Origin: Takakia lepidozioides | Lineage: Eukaryota; Plantae; Bryophyta | Direction: 5' to 3' | Assembly: GCA_030704615.1 (NCBI GenBank) | Contig: CM060732.1 | Location: 36,580,001-36,644,000, forward strand | Length of the DNA: 64,000 nucleotides | Shown: in pieces, positions 24,165-36,419 of the stretch | How the letters are laid out: each line of letters begins with the position of its first letter | Position numbering within the stretch: the stretch's first letter is position 1 | The notes under the pieces: generated by a model | What the model was told of the DNA's origin: nothing | Seen by the model: only the letters and a program-made list of their open reading frames with translations | Database searches by the model: none | Program-made: the position numbers and the translations under genes

Positions 24165-24498
24165 GGGGCATGCTAAATTGTGAGCGGCTCACGTGAGCAA
24201 AAAAAACTGTGAGCAAGATTCTACTCACAGTTTTCGCCCTATTACCACAAAACATTACCTGCTGGAAGCCCTATTACCGTGGGCTTCAAGCGTCGAAAAG
24301 GGAGCATTTTTTTTTGAAGAGTGAGCATGCGGGTTAGCAGCAACATTGTGGAGTGGTTGATTGATGTTTGATTGTGTTTTGAAAAGGAGTTGGATGAAAG
24401 GAGTGGATGAACAATGGATGAATGTGCGATGGAAAAAGATGGATGAGAAAGAGAGTGGATGAATGAAAACGACGAATTCAGACCGGGGACCGCTAAAT
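24165..24498 (+). mobile_element. Left end of a Mutator-like element (MULE) inserted in LINE ORF2
   Basis: Preceded by the 9-mer CATCTATGG (24156-24164). Terminus GGGGCATGCTA..GTGAGCGGCTCACGTGAGCA is an imperfect inverted match to the end at 41781. Confidence 0.7.
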
Positions 24499-26161
24499 AC
24501 CTTCACAATTCAGAGCGGCCTGAGGGAAAAAATAAACCCCGTTCATTTTTTATTTTATTGGCTCTCTTGACTTTGCAACATGTTCAAGTCCATGGAGAAA
24601 TGAAAGGAAATGAAATGGTGCTTCATAATGTCCGCGGAAAGCTCATAGAGCTTATGGGACAAAATGGAAGAAAACATGAGAGAGGAAACGAAACCCAAAG
24701 CCAAGAATAAGAACTATTGTTCGAATGATTAGACTTGAAGGCCTCGTGCAGGTAAGATGCCAAGCATTTCTGATCCTCATAGTGGAAGACTTCAGTGAGA
24801 GATTGGGTTCCATGGAATAAACAGTGGAATCTCCCACGGATCTCATAGTATAGGGCAATAGAAGAAGAAATGTTCTTCGGTTTTAATTTCCCAGCTGCGC
24901 CCTATGCAAGGTGGACATAGGCGGTCTTCCCGCTGCAGGGTTTTCTATCTGTCAGTCTCTATCCATAGGTTGTGGGAACCCACCCTGAACCGCCCCAATG
25001 CTCTCAAGAGGGAAGGAGATAAAGATACCAAAAGGTGGTTGGGCCTCAAGATTCTATCATCTCATAGCACCAAGAATGTCTCACGATAGAAGTGGAGCTT
25101 CGTCGTGAGATTGGGTAGCTTCCAAGTTCTCTTGACATGTAATTCCATAAGCTCTCTCCTAATGAGTCAGTTGCGATCCTGTCTAGATGTGATGTCCACC
25201 CCTTCTGGATTCATTGGTAATAAGGAAGCAGTAGAGAGTTCGTGCGCTGAAATAAACTATCCACTCGAGCATACCAAGAGTGCCTGAAACCTGTAGCTTT
25301 GAGCCTCATAGATGTTGCGAGGGCTTTTGCCATGAGCCCCTTGGGTGATAAGGCCTGTAATCTATGAAGAAAGATTGTAAGCCGGAAGAGGGTCTCGGTT
25401 ATGCAATGGCATGCATGCGAACTCTGCACCTAGGATATGAGATGGAGTTGTGCTTCTAGCGCCAAGCATTGCTTGGAGAAAAAATGACTGCAATGGTTCC
25501 AGATTCTTTTCACGCTTTGTACACTAATCGTGAGCAGAATCCTTAAGCATGAGCAGATTAGGGAAGCAGAGCCTACATCCGAATACAGGGCCTATTGCCG
25601 TGGACGCAAACTGTTCTGAATGCAAATTCACGTAGGCGGCGAGGGACCACTCCATGTCGTGCTCCATGCATGCAATGTGGGATGAATATGTCATTAAAAA
25701 CGGACGGATGAAAGAGGCATGGATGAATGAAAGAAGGTGATGGATGGATGATGGATGAACCTGAAGAGTGGAGGATGCATGGACTGAGATAAAATTGATT
25801 GTACGGCAAACACGGCATTGACGACAAATTCTATACCCGGGGAAATACAGGAAAACCGTAACTACAAACACTGATCCCGCAACCCAAATTTCAAACCCCC
25901 ATGGAAAACCATAAACCGAAAACCCATGCCCGCAACGATAAACCCCAAACCCCAAACCTCAAACCCCAAAGGAGAAACGGAAGCCAGAATCCCAGAACAG
26001 TAACCCTAATTCAAACGGCACATGGGAATCCAACCCAAAAACCAATTAAAATATTTAAAATCAAAACAAAACCTAAGCAAACAGCCATGTTCTACCATTG
26101 AAACAGGTTGGGCATTAAGAAGGCGTCATTCGCAGCCCTCACAAGGAACATGACAATTCAA
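24499..26161 (-). repeat. Inverted block in copy 1: LINE ORF2 3' end and tail plus MULE right-end sequence
   Basis: Reverse complement of ~41151-42843, with a ~90-bp deletion near 25510 that removes the MULE terminus and TSD. Confidence 0.85.
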
Positions 26162-26750
26162 CCCAAAAACCAAAAATAAAAATAAAAATGAAATAAAAGC
26201 CTTGGCGAGGAACCATGTTCGTAGAGGGAAACAAGCTCGGCATTAAGGTGGTGTCAACGCCACCTTAATTCCCAGCCCCTGTTAGAGCTTAATTGTAGCC
26301 CAGAAGACCAACCAAATTAAGGTGTCGTTAACGACACCTTAATTCCCAGCCCATGTTGGAACATGACAATTCACCCCAAAAACAAGAAAAACAATAAAAA
26401 CTAAATAAAAGCCTTGGCGAGGAGCCATGTTCGTAGAGGGAAACAGGCTCTGCATTAAGATGGCGTCAATGCCATCTTAATTCCCAGCCCCTGGTAGAGC
26501 TTAATTGTAGCCCAGAAGACCAACCAGATTAAGGTGTCGTCAACGACACCTTAATTCCCAGCCCCTGTTGGAACATGACCATTCACCCCAAAAACTAAAA
26601 AAACTAAATAAAAGCCTTGGCGAGCAGCCATGTTCGTAGAGGGAAATAGGCTCGGCGCCACCTTAATTCCCAGCCCCTGTTGGAGCTTAATTCCAGCCCA
26701 AAAGACCAGCCAGATTAAGGTGGCGTCAAGGTGGCATCAACGCCACCTGA
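26147..26750. repeat. ~3 tandem units of ~212 bp, each with two TTAAG(G/A)TG..CA(C/T)CTTAA palindromes (probable MULE subterminal repeats)
   Basis: Units begin AACATGAC(A/C)ATTCA at ~26147, ~26360 and ~26572. Palindrome example: AATTAAGGTGTCGTTAACGACACCTTAATT. Confidence 0.85.
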
Positions 26751-27659
26751 ATCTGGCACATTCGTCTCCTCTCATCTCCCCCTCCTGTGGTCCACGACAG
26801 AGGTGGTTTTGTGCAGAGCAGGGCTAGTATCTTTATAGACAGTTCTGCATCAGTTTTTGGCTCAAAATCAGATAGCCGTGGAAGTGCCTTTTCAGAATGA
26901 CTCATTTGTTTTAAGGCAGACATTTATGAAGCACCAGTTTCTCTGCCTTGTATGTTTGAAGATGTGTTCTGAAAAAAGAATCTCCTCTCTCTATCAAGGG
27001 GCCTGATTTGTGAGCTGTCGCTCCCGCCTCTCATTTTAAGATAATAGGGTCTTCAATGGGCACGTGCGATGTGGCCGGTGGGCCCCGCGCACGGACGCCC
27101 GGCTCCCCAGCACCCTGCCCGCCCCGCCCGCCGTTGCGCGCGGTCGCCCAGCCGCGGGCGCGGCTGCAGCAACCGCACCCGCGCCCCCGTCCACCGCGCG
27201 GCCAGTCCCCCGCCAATGAGTCCGCTGCCCTCCAGTCTACCAGTCCGCTGCTGGCCAGTCCGCTGCCCAGCAGTCTGCCAGTCCGCCAGTCTGCCCGCCA
27301 GTCCGCTGGCCAGTCCCCTGCCATCCAGTCCGATGACGGCGCAGGATCGCCACCGTCCATTCCCATAACCCATCCGAACCCTCCATTTTTAGGGCTGCAA
27401 TTCAAACCTGCATCCCTGCCGCCTGCCACTTGCCAGCAGTCGCGAACGTGCGGACTGTTCTCCTGGCACGTTGTCGATCGTGTCTTGTACTGCGGCGCGT
27501 TTCATGCATGTTCAGAAGCGTGTCCTTTGTACTGTATAGGGCATGGACGTGGAAGCAAAACCCGATGATATACTGCCCGCTTATACGGCCTCTTCGACAA
27601 TGTTTGCAAACAGCAAAACCAGGACCCTTCAACAGGAAGGATCTCCATTGGAAGAGTGA

Positions 27660-29073
27660 GACGCAATATGGGTTTATGAATGTGCGAGTGAATGTTGAAA
27701 AGGCCTGCATACCTTGGGATAGAGTTGGTGACTTCGTCCTGGGAGAGGAGAGTTTGGAGGACTACCCCACTCAGTTTTGGGTGAATGTCCATTCTAAAGT
27801 GGAACCCGGCTCGCGAAAAGCACCCAGAGCCAATACATTTCTGTCCAGTATTATGTGTGCACCATCCTCAGTCCTTTTGACGTTTCATTGCATGTCTGTT
27901 GCCATTTTTTGTTTCACGAGTTCTTTGATTTTATGCTTCCTCAAGTCGTTGGATATCGATTTTAGAATTTTCTGTCCAGGTATCAATGCTGCTACGGTCC
28001 TGATGACAAGCGCACCAACAAGGCAATAGTGGAGGATCCAAAACAGAAGCGTGGAGGACCTCTTGTGGGTGCTGGAACATCTTGCCCTCATAAAGGCCCA
28101 AGGAGAAAGAAGTCGGAGTATGGAGAGTCTTACAAACGTGGTTGCCAATGCTGTTTCAAGGTCCAGCAATGTTATCTCGCCCCTGACATCTGTGTCCTCA
28201 CGTACTACAACAACATGGAGCATACAGATGCGCAAGAGAAACCCTCGCATGGGAAGTCCGCAGAGTTCAGGAACACCCGCCACGCCTATGCACCACACAT
28301 TAGCGAGGAATTGAAAGCCTGGGCCGTCGAGTGTTTGTGCTGAGGCATGTCGGTCACCCAAATCATGATGGAGCATAAAGAGCACGTGATGAACAACACC
28401 GGCTTGGGCGATGCATGGACCCGCAATGATTTATTGTTGGAGCAAGATGTTCGCAACCTTGCCGAGAAACGTGCGTGGCAAACCTTCAAAAAGCACGCCG
28501 ATGATGCAGAGAGTGTGGGCATGTGGAGAGACCAGAATCCTGCGTCCGTTTTTTTCTATCAAGAGGAGAAATTAGAGCCAACATTCGAGCATTTTGATGG
28601 AGATTTGACATTCACTATTGGCATACAGACTCCGTGGCAGAAACGACGAATGCTGGAACTAAGACATGACCGTATCGTTGCATGTGATGCAACCTTTGGG
28701 ACAAATCATGACAAGGTACTATTCGAACGATTCCATGGACTTGTACGAGCATGATAGCATAGTACTATGCAACATTCACAGAATATTTGGTGTGCTGACC
28801 CTTTCTGTATGTTTAGGGTTGTGTACGTTGCGGAAGACCGAGAGGCAGACCCATTGTGAACCGCTACAGACCTCATCACTCTTATGAAGTCTTCTCGTGC
28901 AGAACTGAGCAGAATTTGCATGCTCTGACCATCTTACATTGTGCATTCCAACAGTTCCCATTGTACACGTTGATGGTCTTCGACGAGTGGTTGAATGGTA
29001 TACCAGTTGCCTATATCCTATCCACGAGGAATCGGACAAGAGACCTGGTTCCGTGGATGAGAGCCTTGCGTGA
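27660..29073 (+). pseudogene. Mutator-family transposase (At1g60560/At4g13970-like SWIM-MULE type), 3'-truncated, premature stop at 28341-28343
   Basis: Motifs IPWDRVGDFVLGEE, YQCCYGPDD, KRGCQCCF, HADDAESV..W, FTIGIQTPWQ, VACDATFGTN, FPLYTLMVFD..NGIPVAYI. Introns ~27855-27979 and 28716-28954. Start codon not resolved. Confidence 0.8.
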
Positions 29074-30629
29074 TTAAATTTAAATTTGTGAGCTTGGGTT
29101 GTGGTATTACTAGCTTGAATTGTGAGCGAGTTGCGTGGCCACGGGTTTTTTTTCATTTAAAAGGAAAAAAAGAAATAGGTGCAATTCTGTCGCGGGCGGC
29201 CCATTGGAATTGACTTGCTAAATCGAAAAAAGTCCGGCTTTGGGGGTGACAAAGATGAGTTGTGGGTTGTGGGCTGCTAAAGAAGGTGTTCAGAAGATAA
29301 GGGCCGGTAACCCTTTGCAATGTACAGCACCAGGTCCTCTAGATGCTCGTCCGATTTCTTTGTATGGATTAGTTGAACCAAATAAAGTCTCCGTTATCGC
29401 ACATCCAATAGGTAGAAAGCGCTTCTAGCCTGTCGAGCTGGCTCGGAAGTTGCAATCGATCTGGTCATTTGATGAGCACAACCAAATCATGCTCAACAAG
29501 GAATTCCAATTGATGTCCATCCATGTCTCCCTCAATACCAGTGAGCTTAAGTCTAGTTTCTTATATGACTCATCGCAGAACTTGAGGGTGGACCAAATCG
29601 ACTGGAAGATAACGGTTAACAGCAAAGAAAGACCACGTCAAAAAGTTGCAGTTGTAATGTTACCAAAATGTAGATTGAGTCTGCAACATAAGTAAATGTT
29701 GGCTGAGAAGCTCTGTAAGTGGGCCCTCCATGACACCTCCATCACGATTTGCACTCTCTCTGTCAGCTACTGTGGCATTTGCCTGGAGATCAGACGAGGA
29801 GGAAGCCATGGTAGAAATAGATCTCACACGAACGCACCCTAACTACAGACACAAAATATGACAATCCACATAACTTCAGAACACACAAAACTGAAATATC
29901 CTAGCATTAATAATTACATGATAGACCAAAGATCACAAGATTGTCCCCAAGCCCGAGAAAGAGCTGGTTGCGCATTTATGAAGTGACAGATTTGATTGAT
30001 AACCGACGTAGCCAAATACTGATGGAGCGGCGGTTAAGGTGCGAGATGTGCTTGAGACGAGACCCGGTGGTCACACCGGGTACTTAACATGTAATAACCG
30101 TTGGATATCCACAGGCCCGGGTCTCAAAATTTGCTTTGACCCGGGTATGTACATATTGATAACCGCTTGAATACCCGGCCAACACTGGTCCCTACCTCTG
30201 CCTTCATGGCCTTCCACCAGGTTATTTTTTCATGGGTTGTTACCTTCCTATTTTTCAATAAATTTAAAGGCCCCTATCCCCTTTCTTTAAGAAAGGAAAA
30301 GAAAAGTATTGAAATGCCATCTTGAACTCATAACGTGAAATTGACCATTAATAGGTAGCTTAGTGGATAGTGCATCCTTTGTCGCCCAATTAATTCAAGG
30401 TCCGAATCTTGGGGGTGTCACGCGGTATTGTCGAATTTTGTGGCATTCTTCAACTGGCCTCAGGGTGTATGGCTCATAATGAATGGGGTTACTATGAAAG
30501 AGGTTATAAACAAGCGTAAAACGACGATGGGCTCTCTTGCTTTGCTAAGAGGCAGGGAAGACTCAACACAACTCACCAATCGGAGCCTTGACACGGTGTA
30601 AGGTCTTTGACCACATTTTCTCCTTCTTG

Positions 30630-30669
<40 letters not shown>

Positions 30670-31338
30670 TGTCAGCACGTCGACGCTCGGCTCCCGCGCG
30701 TTGGCACGCCAGTGCCACCTCCACCCCATGATGTCCTCATCCAACCACCAAAGGACAGTTGGCGATGATGCAGACTCCCTGTCTCACTCACCCCACCTTG
30801 GGTCCCCTCTGCTTCTTCTTCCTGCCCCGATCTCTCAACAGACCTCTCCATTGCGTCAATACTCCACGAGGAGTGCTGATGTTCAAATGCTTCGGGACCA
30901 AATCACTATCCTGCAAACTAGATGCATTTCTGAAGAGACTCTGCAGCAATTACTAGTCGCTGCCCGAGACAAAGAGTGGGAGAAACGGATGGCAGACAAA
31001 GACAGGGACTTGGAGAAATCGCTCGCTGCCAACTGCGAGCTGAAGCGAATGGTAGACAGAGATAGGGACTTGGAGAAGTCGATGGTTACCCGAGACAAAC
31101 ATATGGAACGAGCTGAGGTCCCCGCTTTGTGGGTCTCTCTTAAGGAGAACAATAGCAAACTACATGGTCTGTTGAAACAACTCAATGAGAAATCCACACT
31201 TGCGCACCTTTCAGAACTAGAAGCCGAAGTGAAGACCCTCACAGAGAAGGACCTCCTAGATCCCCTCACGGCAAACATCCACCAGCAGGTAGAATCCCTT
31301 AGTAAAAAGCTGGAAACACACAGAATTGCGACGTCTAC

Positions 31339-32066
31339 TGTCGCGGCCCTTTGCCTTGAGGGCAGGGGGTCGGGACACATGAGGGGCTGCCCCTGTGGTG
31401 GGGGCAGCGGCAGCGATAGGTATGGGGGGACTGAAGCACCCTTGAGTGCCCAAGGCACTCAAGGAAGCGGAGGCGCTCACTAGGTGGAGCCCCGCACACC
31501 GGGTTGCGGTGGGGGTGGCTCCACAAGGGGTGGTGGTAGCTTAGCGGGACTTAGTGGGGGTGGCATAGGACTCACCATGGGGGCAGAGACCTCGTGGTGG
31601 GAGTCGTGGGGAGTCTTGGGACTCATCACGGTCCATAGGGGCCGTGGTGAGTGGGCCAAGACTCACCGCGACTCATCACCGGGAGTCGAGGGTTTTCGTG
31701 GTGGTTCGCCATAAAATGGCATGGCTAGTTGTGAAACCCCTGCGGACAGCTACAGAAGTATATATAGGGAGTAGTAACCCCGAGAACGGTGCAAGCCCGT
31801 TGGTGACCAAAAACTAGTGAGTAAGCGAGCGAGCCGGAAAGCGACCAAAGAGTGGGGAGCTGTTCCGGACTGCCAACTACCAAAGGGAATTCCCGCTGGT
31901 TCCAAATCGGTGGAGGGTTCTTTGGGAGAACAAAGGGGGACCATTATGCCCCGGTGAGCAGCCGAAGCTCCAAGTTGGTCCGACGGCCAGGTTGGGAGTC
32001 AGTCGCGCGCATCAAAGCGAGTAACTATGACTTGAGGGGGAGCTTGCCGAAGTGAGGTGCGCGACA
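31339..32066 (+). repeat. 5' LTR of chromovirus
   Basis: TGTCGCG...CGCGACA; TATATATA at ~31759; about 13 substitutions versus the 3' LTR (counted by eye). Confidence 0.97.
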
Positions 32067-32068
32067 CT

Positions 32069-32080
32069 TGGTATCAGAGC
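32069..32080 (+). promoter_or_regulatory. Primer binding site for initiator tRNA-Met
   Basis: TGGTATCAGAGC, 2 nt after the 5' LTR. Confidence 0.95.
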
Positions 32081-32121
32081 TTAGAGTTCAGTACGCGATC
32101 GTCCTTGGGATTGGCCTCATC

Positions 32122-35100
32122 ATGGGGTCGGGCAAGCCGAAGCGAAAGCGGAACGGCCCAAAAGATGATGATCCTGGTGAGCCCGATGGGGGCGACGTGT
32201 CACCGAGGCGGCCGTTTGAGGAAGCGATGCATGTTTCCGAAAACGAGGCCGCTCAAGAGCGGGAGGAATCCGAGGAGTCGGAGCCCGAGGAATCCTTGAG
32301 AGCTCCGACAAACCAAGAGATGCCTCCCATGCCGGCAGCCTTTTGGGAAGGGTTGTTGGCGCAGTTTGGCGGGACGTTGAAAGACGTGTTGAAGGCGGCT
32401 AATGTCACTTCCACTAAGGCAAAGTTTAAGGTGAAGCCTAAGGAACCCGGCACCTTCGAGGGCGTCCGAAATCGGAAGGCACTCAACACCTGGCTCATGG
32501 AGCTAGAGCAGTACTTCCGGGCGGCCAAGTTGATTGACGAGGATCGGGTGGAAGTGGCTCCCACCTATTTGAGGGGCTATGCTCAACAATGGTGGCAGAA
32601 ACGCCTTCACGACCGAGGTCCAAGCCCAGAAACCTTGAACTGGAGTGGGTTCAAGGAATTGATGAAGAGACAGTTTGTGCCCCTCAACGCGTCCTGGCAA
32701 ACAGACGACATTCGGGGATATGTCCAGGCTTTCAATGTGCTTTTGCTCGAAGTCGCGGACATGGCAGAACCGGAAATGGTCTTCAACTTTGTGGCGGGAT
32801 TGGCCCCATGGGCCAGGCGGAAGTTGGAGGAGAAGCCACCTAAGACTTTGAACGAGGCAATTGAGAGGGCTGAATGTTTCTCAGATGTCCCTAGGGGTGA
32901 AAGACAAGGCCGTACGGAGCTGAACCACAAGAAGACCCGGCGGGAAGGTGACTCCTTCTGACCGGAAAAGAAGTGGGATAGGCCACGCGGCGACAATGGC
33001 ACGTGGAAATCGAAGGGAGGGCCATCACAAGTCAAGGCGGCACCCGGTGCTTCGAAAGGAAAAGCGGGTGGAGCGGCCTATGGCGGACAGAAGGCAACCT
33101 TTGATGGAGTGTGTTTCAATTGCGGGGAGCTCGGGCACATGGCCAAGAAGTGCACGAAGCCCCGGCAATTGAACATGACTCGGGCGACCACAGAGCTGTC
33201 GGAAGATACCATCAGTCGCTTGGTGGAAGCGGTGGTCGCCAGGACTTGCAAGGTAGGCAAATTTTCTTGTGAGTTGTATCAGGAAACTAGCGCCTTACGT
33301 AAAGGGAGTCAGTTATTGTTCGTGGATGGGATAATATCCAGAACTAATGTGTCGTTGTTGGTGGACACAGGAGCGTCGCACTCCTTCATGACACCGGCAA
33401 CGGCACAAAAGCTGGGACTCCCGACAAGTGACGTGGGGGCCTCTATTGAGGTGCATTCTGCCAAAGGAGAACCGCAATTGGCGACAATGTTAGCGTTTGA
33501 TGTTCCTCTTCAACTGGGGAGTTGGGAGGGACGTGAGAACTTCACCATCTGCGAGATCGATGGAGTGGATCTCATTTTGGGGATGATTTTTTTGAGCAAA
33601 TCCGGAGCGGTCATAGATGGCCACAAGAGAGTAGTCACGCTGCCATGTGGGAATGGTGGCGAGGTCTTACGAGTGTCAGAAATGCCCAAACCCGTGGGAG
33701 GGCGAATAAACCTTCTGTCAGCAAGGGAGTGGGCCGTGGAGGAGGCACACGAGCCCCAGTTTTTGCTCTACATTAGAGAAGTGAAGGGAGAAGGCGATGG
33801 GGAGCCGAGCCCAGATTGGATCAAGGGGATTTTGGAGAAATACCAGGATGTGATGCCGGAGGATTTACCAAGCGGTTTGCCACCGCGAAGAGGAGTTGAC
33901 CACAAGATTGAGGTGATACCGGGATCGGAACCGCCTGCCAAGGCGCCCTACCGGTTGAGCCACAGAGAGTTGGTCGAGCTGAAGACTCAGCTCAAAGATC
34001 TAATGTCAAAGGGGTACATCCGGCCGAGTAAGTCACCTTACGGAGCCCCGGTGCTATTTGCAGATAAAAAGGATGGGACGCTGCGGATGTGTGTCAATTA
34101 CAGGGCTCTGAATAAGGTGACTATCAAAAACCGGTACCCTTTGCCAAGGATCGACGACCTCTTTGATCGGTTGGCAGGAGCGAAGTATTTCAGCCGGATC
34201 GACTTGCGCTCCGGCTATCATCAAATTCGGGTGGCGGAAGGAGATGAGGAGAAGACCGCGTGCAAGACAAGATATGGTTCATATGAGTTCTTGGTGATGC
34301 CTTTTGGGCTCACCAATGCACCAGCGACATTTAGCACGCTGATGAACAGCCTTTTTCAGGAGTGGTTGGATGACTTTGTGATCGTGTACATCGACGACAT
34401 CTTGGTGTACTCGAAAACAAAGGAGGAGCACCTAGAGCACCTGAAAAGGGTGTTCCAAAAATTGCGAGAAGGGAAGCTATATGCTAAAACTTCAAAGTGC
34501 GAATTCGGGGTCACGAAAGTGGAGTTCCTGGGGCATGTGATTACACAAGATGGGATCAAAATGGATGACAGAAAGGTGAGGGCGATCTTGGACTGGGAGC
34601 CTCCGACTTCGGTCCCGGGAGTGCGATCCTTCCTAGGACTCACCTCCTATTACCGGAAGTATGTGAGAAATTTCGCCAGATCGCGGGGCCGTTGTCAGAC
34701 CTTCTGTGTAAATCCAAAGTCTGGGTATGGAACAACTTGTGTAGCCAAGCTTTTGCTGAATTGAAGCAGCGGATGGCGGAAGCTCCAGTCTTGAAAATCC
34801 CGGAGTTCGATCGTCCGTTCGAGATACATACAGATGCGTCGGACTTCGTGATTGGGGGTGTACTGATGCAAGATGGACGTCCAGTGGCTTACAAAAGTAA
34901 GAAACTGAATGAAGTGGAGCGACGGTGGCCGACGCACGAGAAAGAGATGAAGGCGGTGGTGCACTGTCTTGAGCTTTGGCGCCACTATGTTGGTTCCAAC
35001 CCAGTGAAGGTGTTCACGGACAATGTCACGGTGAAGTATTTTGCCACGCAGCCCAAGTTGTCCCCAAAACAACTTAGGTGGCAAGATACTTTGGCAGTGT

Positions 35101-36419
35101 TCGACGTGGATATCCATTACAAACCGGGACGAGACAGCGTGGTAGCCGATGCTTTAAGTAGAAAGCAGCAGCTCTTGTTGGTGTACAAGGGCGAGACGGC
35201 GCTCCAAAGGAAGATCCGGAAGGCTTGCCGGAAGGATGAGCTGGCGAAGTCCGTGATGCAGGACTTGAAGATGGGGGTTAAATCGCAGTTCCACTTGCAA
35301 AATGGAAAGCGGGGCTGTTACAACCCTTGCCGATTCCAGAGGGAACTTGGGAAAGCGTCTCGATGGATTTCATGACTGCTATGCCGCTGTCAAAAGGATT
35401 CGATGCAATCATGGTGGTGGTGGATAGGTTCAGTAAAATGGGTCATTTCATCCCCACCAAGGAGACGGCAACGGCACAGGAAACAGGGCGACTTTACTTC
35501 GCCCACGTCTTAAAGCATCATGGAGTCCCAAAGGATATTGTCTCGGACCGCGATCCAAAGTTTACGAGTAAATTTTGGAGGACACTTGATGGGGACGAGG
35601 CTGAAGATGAGCACCGCCTTCCGACCTACGACCGACGGCCAAACAGAAAGAGTGAATTCCGTAGTGAAGCAGATCTTGCGGAATTACGTGTCGGCAGACC
35701 AAACAGACTGGGTGGAACACTTAGACGCGGCAGAGTTCTGTTATAATAACACAGAACACTCCGCAACGGAAGTTTCCCCTTTTGTATTGGTCTATGGAAA
35801 AGCACCGGTGCCGACAAGTTGGGCCGCCCATGACGTTGAGGAACCGGCAGTAGCGGCGGTACTAGAAGAACGCGAGCGTTTGTTGAAGCTCGCAAAGTAC
35901 AACATTGCCAAAGCTAGGAAACGGTATGAAAGGCAGGCGAATCGGAAGCGGAGGGAAGTGAAGTTTGAGGCAGGCACGGAGGTCTGGTTGAACATCAAGA
36001 ATTTCTGACTACCTCCGGAAGTGAGTCCAAAGTTCGTACCTCCGTATGCGGGACCCTTTCGCATCCGGAAGGTTATGAATGAGGATGTGTATGAATTGGA
36101 GCTCCCGGCAAACAGCAAGGTGCATCCAGTATTTCACGTCTCCCTTTTGAAGCCTTACTTCAAAGATGAAGCGCGTCCGAATCGGCATCAAGTGTTGCGT
36201 CCGCAACCTGTGCTGTTGGATCATGAAAATGAACCTGAGTACGAGGTGGAGGCAGTACTTAAGTCGAGGAGGTTCAAGAACCGAGAAACGGAGTATCTCG
36301 TCAAATTGAAGAGCTATCATCATGTGGAGGCATCTTGGGTGCGTGCCTCAGAAATGAGAAACGCATCCGAGGCGGTTGCAGTTTTCGAAGGGCGACCTCA
36401 AAAGCGGAAGAAGCGTTGA
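32122..36419 (+). pseudogene. gag-pol: Chromovirus gag-pol with disabling mutations
   Basis: Gag (stop at 32959-32961, then in-frame [14 protein letters not shown]), protease [26 protein letters not shown], integrase SMDF/SDRD/GQTER, GPF motif, chromodomain YEVEAVLKSR..YLVK..SW and terminal KRKKR. Frameshifts near 34680, 35305 (HHCC region deleted) and 35585; stop near 36006. Confidence 0.93.

Noticed and set aside
26147-26750. Regularly spaced palindromic repeats resembling a CRISPR array
   Set aside because: The intervening sequences are themselves repeated (tandem units, no unique spacers), there are no cas genes, and the context is eukaryotic.
27031-27568. Overlapping Pro/Arg-rich ORFs on both strands
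   Set aside because: GC-rich low-complexity sequence with CCAGTC microrepeats, probably the transposase leader; no recognisable domain.
30701-31483. 260-aa ORF as a novel protein
   Set aside because: It is LINE ORF1 reading through into the chromovirus LTR; there is no evidence of function.
32959-32961. In-frame TGA in gag as a programmed readthrough site
   Set aside because: It lies before the gag zinc knuckle and fits a CGA-to-TGA mutation. The element has several other disabling lesions.
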